Part shown: positions 61,462-64,000 of the stretch, in pieces
Position numbering within the stretch: the stretch's first letter is position 1
How the letters are laid out: the number at the start of each line of letters is the position of its first letter
Origin: an uncultured Nitrososphaerota archaeon
Lineage (GTDB): Archaea > Thermoproteota > Nitrososphaeria > Nitrososphaerales > Nitrosopumilaceae
Direction of reading: 5' to 3'
Assembly: GCA_963701075.1 (NCBI GenBank)
Contig: OY969559.1
Span: forward strand, 1,851,939 to 1,915,938
DNA: 64,000 nucleotides
Program-made: the position numbers and the translations under genes
The notes under the pieces: generated by a model
What the model was told of the DNA's origin: nothing
The model's input: the letters and a program-made list of their open reading frames with translations, nothing else
Databases searched by the model: none

Positions 61462-62402
61462 TCGTAGAGATTACTACTCATGGAAGTACATTGAAGAGAG
61501 ATCATGATTCATTCATAGTTCAAACTACTGATGGAAAAACTGATATTCCTGCAGAAAAAGTGGATGCGATAATTATATCATCAAATTCTCTAATCAGCAC
61601 ACAGGCAGTACGTTTGTGTATTGAAAAACAGATTCAATTAGTAATTTCTACTTGGTCTGGAAAACCTATTGCAAGATTGTGGTCAAGCAGTCCAGGAAAA
61701 TCTACTGAATTACGTCGCAATCAATACCTCAATCAAGACACGGTCATAGGATATGAAATATCATTGAACATACTTTCCAAAAAACTAAAGGGACAAAAAC
61801 AATTCCTAGTTGATTTAAGAAACAACCGAAAACTGCCTCCAGCAAAATTAGAGACTGCCATTTCAACAATAGATAATTCCCTGAAAAAACTGACTGCAAT
61901 AAAATACACCAATGACTACAAGGCAACATTTTTGGGTCTGGAGGGTGCCTGTGCTGCAAACTATTTTCAGGCAATTTCTTCAATCCTACCTGAAAAATGG
62001 TCTACACAAAAAAGAAGTCAGCACCCAGCACATGATGAATTTAACGCTACATTGAACTATCTGTATGGAATGGCATATGCTGATGTTGAAAAAATAATAA
62101 TTCTCTCTGGACTTGATCCAAACGCTGGCTTTTACCATTCTGACTCTTATGGAAAACCAACGCTTTCATTTGATATAATAGAAATAATCAGACCAGTTGT
62201 TGATAGAATTATAGTTACATCATTTACAAAGAAGATGGTAAAGGGTAACTGGTTTGAAAAACAAGACGATGACACAAACTCAATTTTTCTTTCAAAGGAA
62301 GGAAGGCAATTTCTAATTTCATCATATATTGAAAATGGACGCAAGACTGTGGAGACTGAATCATGGGATTTTTGCAAAATTATAATACAAAAACTACAGT
62401 GA
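61458..62402 (+). CDS. cas1: Cas1
   Basis: GLEGACAANYF, NATLNYLYG, GLDP..GFYH, LSFDIIE. Confidence 0.95.
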   Translation: MIVEITTHGSTLKRDHDSFIVQTTDGKTDIPAEKVDAIIISSNSLISTQAVRLCIEKQIQLVISTWSGKPIARLWSSSPGKSTELRRNQYLNQDTVIGYEISLNILSKKLKGQKQFLVDLRNNRKLPPAKLETAISTIDNSLKKLTAIKYTNDYKATFLGLEGACAANYFQAISSILPEKWSTQKRSQHPAHDEFNATLNYLYGMAYADVEKIIILSGLDPNAGFYHSDSYGKPTLSFDIIEIIRPVVDRIIVTSFTKKMVKGNWFEKQDDDTNSIFLSKEGRQFLISSYIENGRKTVETESWDFCKIIIQKLQ

Positions 62403-62409
62403 TACATGT

Positions 62410-62706
62410 ATGAAAAAGAATATGTATTATGCAGTCTATGATATTACTGAAAACTCTACTCGTAGCTCAGTAATTCATGTCCTAAAGAATCATGGATTTA
62501 CAAGAATCCAAAAAAGTGTATTTTGTGGAAGTTTATCTGGGCAGAACAAAAAAGATTTGATTGAAACAATAAAGACAATCGTTGATGAAAATGATTCATT
62601 CTATCTAATATTGACATGCAACCAATGCTTTGGTAAAATAAAAATAATTGGAAAAGGATTTGACGAGGAATACGTCTCAGATAAAAAACCGGCAGTGGTA
62701 CTATAA
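62410..62706 (+). CDS. cas2: Cas2
   Basis: VYDIT...R....LK..G..RIQKSVF. Confidence 0.95.
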   Translation: MKKNMYYAVYDITENSTRSSVIHVLKNHGFTRIQKSVFCGSLSGQNKKDLIETIKTIVDENDSFYLILTCNQCFGKIKIIGKGFDEEYVSDKKPAVVL

Positions 62707-62708
62707 TA

Positions 62709-63293
62709 ATGTCACTGACAGTAACTGATGTAGTAGAATACACATTTTGTCCCAAATTTCCATATTTTATCAACGTCTTGGGACTAGACCAATACGAACA
62801 GAAGAGGGGGACAGTTACTGCAGGACGAAAACTGCACCAACTACACGAAAGAAATAATCTAGACTATATCCCCCACACAAATAAAGGCAGAAAACTTGTT
62901 GCTAGTAAATTTTATTCTGAGAAACTTGATTTGTCTGGAAAGATAGATGAGGCAATTGAGACAGATGATGAGATAATTCTAATAGAACGAAAATACAGTG
63001 ACATTTGTGACATATCTAATACTCTTCTAGTTCAGTTAGGACTGCTGTCTATTCTAATTGAGGAGAATCTTGGGAAATCTGTCAAAAAAGCAGTTGTGAT
63101 TTTTAATAAAACTAAAAGAAAACAAATCTCTGTAGTAATTGATGATGCCGTAAAAAATCACTCACTTGAAATACTAGAGAAAACAAAAAAAGTCATTCAA
63201 ATGGGAATAATGCCTGATGCTGATTTTGATAACCGTTGTCTTAACTGTTGTTTTAGAAAAATTTGCCCTGTCGGATCCTTAAATAGTGGATGA
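62709..63293 (+). CDS. cas4: Cas4
   Basis: FCPK, GKID, IERK, C..C.FRKIC. Confidence 0.93.
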   Translation: MSLTVTDVVEYTFCPKFPYFINVLGLDQYEQKRGTVTAGRKLHQLHERNNLDYIPHTNKGRKLVASKFYSEKLDLSGKIDEAIETDDEIILIERKYSDICDISNTLLVQLGLLSILIEENLGKSVKKAVVIFNKTKRKQISVVIDDAVKNHSLEILEKTKKVIQMGIMPDADFDNRCLNCCFRKICPVGSLNSG

Positions 63294-63377
63294 TAATTAT
63301 TGGAAACCACTAAAATGGGGTGATTAAATACAAAAAAACTGAATAAAATAGGCACAGTTTAGCCTGTTCTAATGACG
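63294..63377 (+). promoter_or_regulatory. putative CRISPR leader
   Basis: AT-rich non-coding segment between the cas4 stop and the first repeat; TTAAATA box. Confidence 0.55.
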
Positions 63378-64000
63378 GTCAAAAAGACAAATCCATCATA
63401 ACAAGGATTGAAACCAGTGACATAAATCTGTTCATGCAGCTGTTAAGAGTATGTCAAAAAGACAAATCCATCATAACAAGGATTGAAACAATGTCAAGTA
63501 ACCTGATCATGAGTGCAGATCATGCATGTCAAAAAGACAAATCCATCATAACAAGGATTGAAACTAAAGTCCAACTCTGCTCATACAGATGATAGAATTG
63601 TCAAAAAGACAAATCCATCATAACAAGGATTGAAACCAAAATATTCAGCCGGTACCCCAAGTACTTGGGTATGTCAAAAAGACAAATCCATCATAACAAG
63701 GATTGAAACCAGAGACTGGATTTGATGTTGCTCTTGCAAGAGGTCAAAAAGACAAATCCATCATAACAAGGATTGAAACAAGCAAGTTGAGAACAATGCA
63801 ATCAAGACCATCATTGGTCAAAAAGACAAATCCATCATAACAAGGATTGAAACCACTTACTATCATCAATCACCACCCACGCAGAGAAACGTCAAAAAGA
63901 CAAATCCATCATAACAAGGATTGAAACCTATTTCTCTTGATTTTTGTATCTTTTGTAGATACCGTCAAAAAGACAAATCCATCATAACAAGGATTGAAAC
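63378..64000 (+). CRISPR. CRISPR array: at least 9 repeats and 8 spacers, reaching the window end
   Basis: GTCAAAAAGACAAATCCATCATAACAAGGATTGAAAC at 63378, 63453, 63528, 63600, 63673, 63743, 63817, 63891, 63964; spacers 33-38 bp. Confidence 0.98.

Noticed and set aside
591-62773. Numerous antisense or out-of-frame ORFs in the track (e.g. 2745-3077, 30984-31433, 39669-40256, 47584-48018)
   Set aside because: Shadow ORFs of well-supported genes
63415-63963. Self-targeting or element-targeting spacers
   Set aside because: By eye I found only a 12-nt match (spacer 5 vs ~25200); not significant, and an exhaustive search was not possible

Overview
Archaeal chromosome segment. Gene content, leaderless TATA-type starts, IPxWIKNNA-tail surface proteins and a thermopsin suggest Nitrososphaerota/Thaumarchaeota, probably Nitrosotalea-like (inference). 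Most of the window is housekeeping: sua5, Ubl-cgi121, rps17e, histone, thiL, rps11, rtcB, purB, queD, valS, aconitase, pdxST, pheST, trpS, coaD and three tRNAs. There are three accessory regions. (1) A 7.4-kb element integrated in tRNA-Cys with a 46-bp att repeat, an SSV1-style split integrase and four putative nuclease/HEPN defence genes, one bracketed by 74-bp repeats. (2) A repeat-flanked hotspot after thiL with a HEAT-repeat gene, an IS200/IS605-like hairpin and a RelE-type toxin-antitoxin pair. (3) A complete type I-B CRISPR-Cas locus flanked by two inverted arrays; the 3-spacer mini-array has spacers that are themselves tandem repeats encoding pentapeptide/hexapeptide repeats. All seven frameshifts I found can be repaired at or beside an AGCT site, which points to a methylation-driven sequencing artefact rather than pseudogenes. 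Unannotated candidates include a two-hairpin H/ACA RNA, a hidden cas11 and several micro-ORFs.
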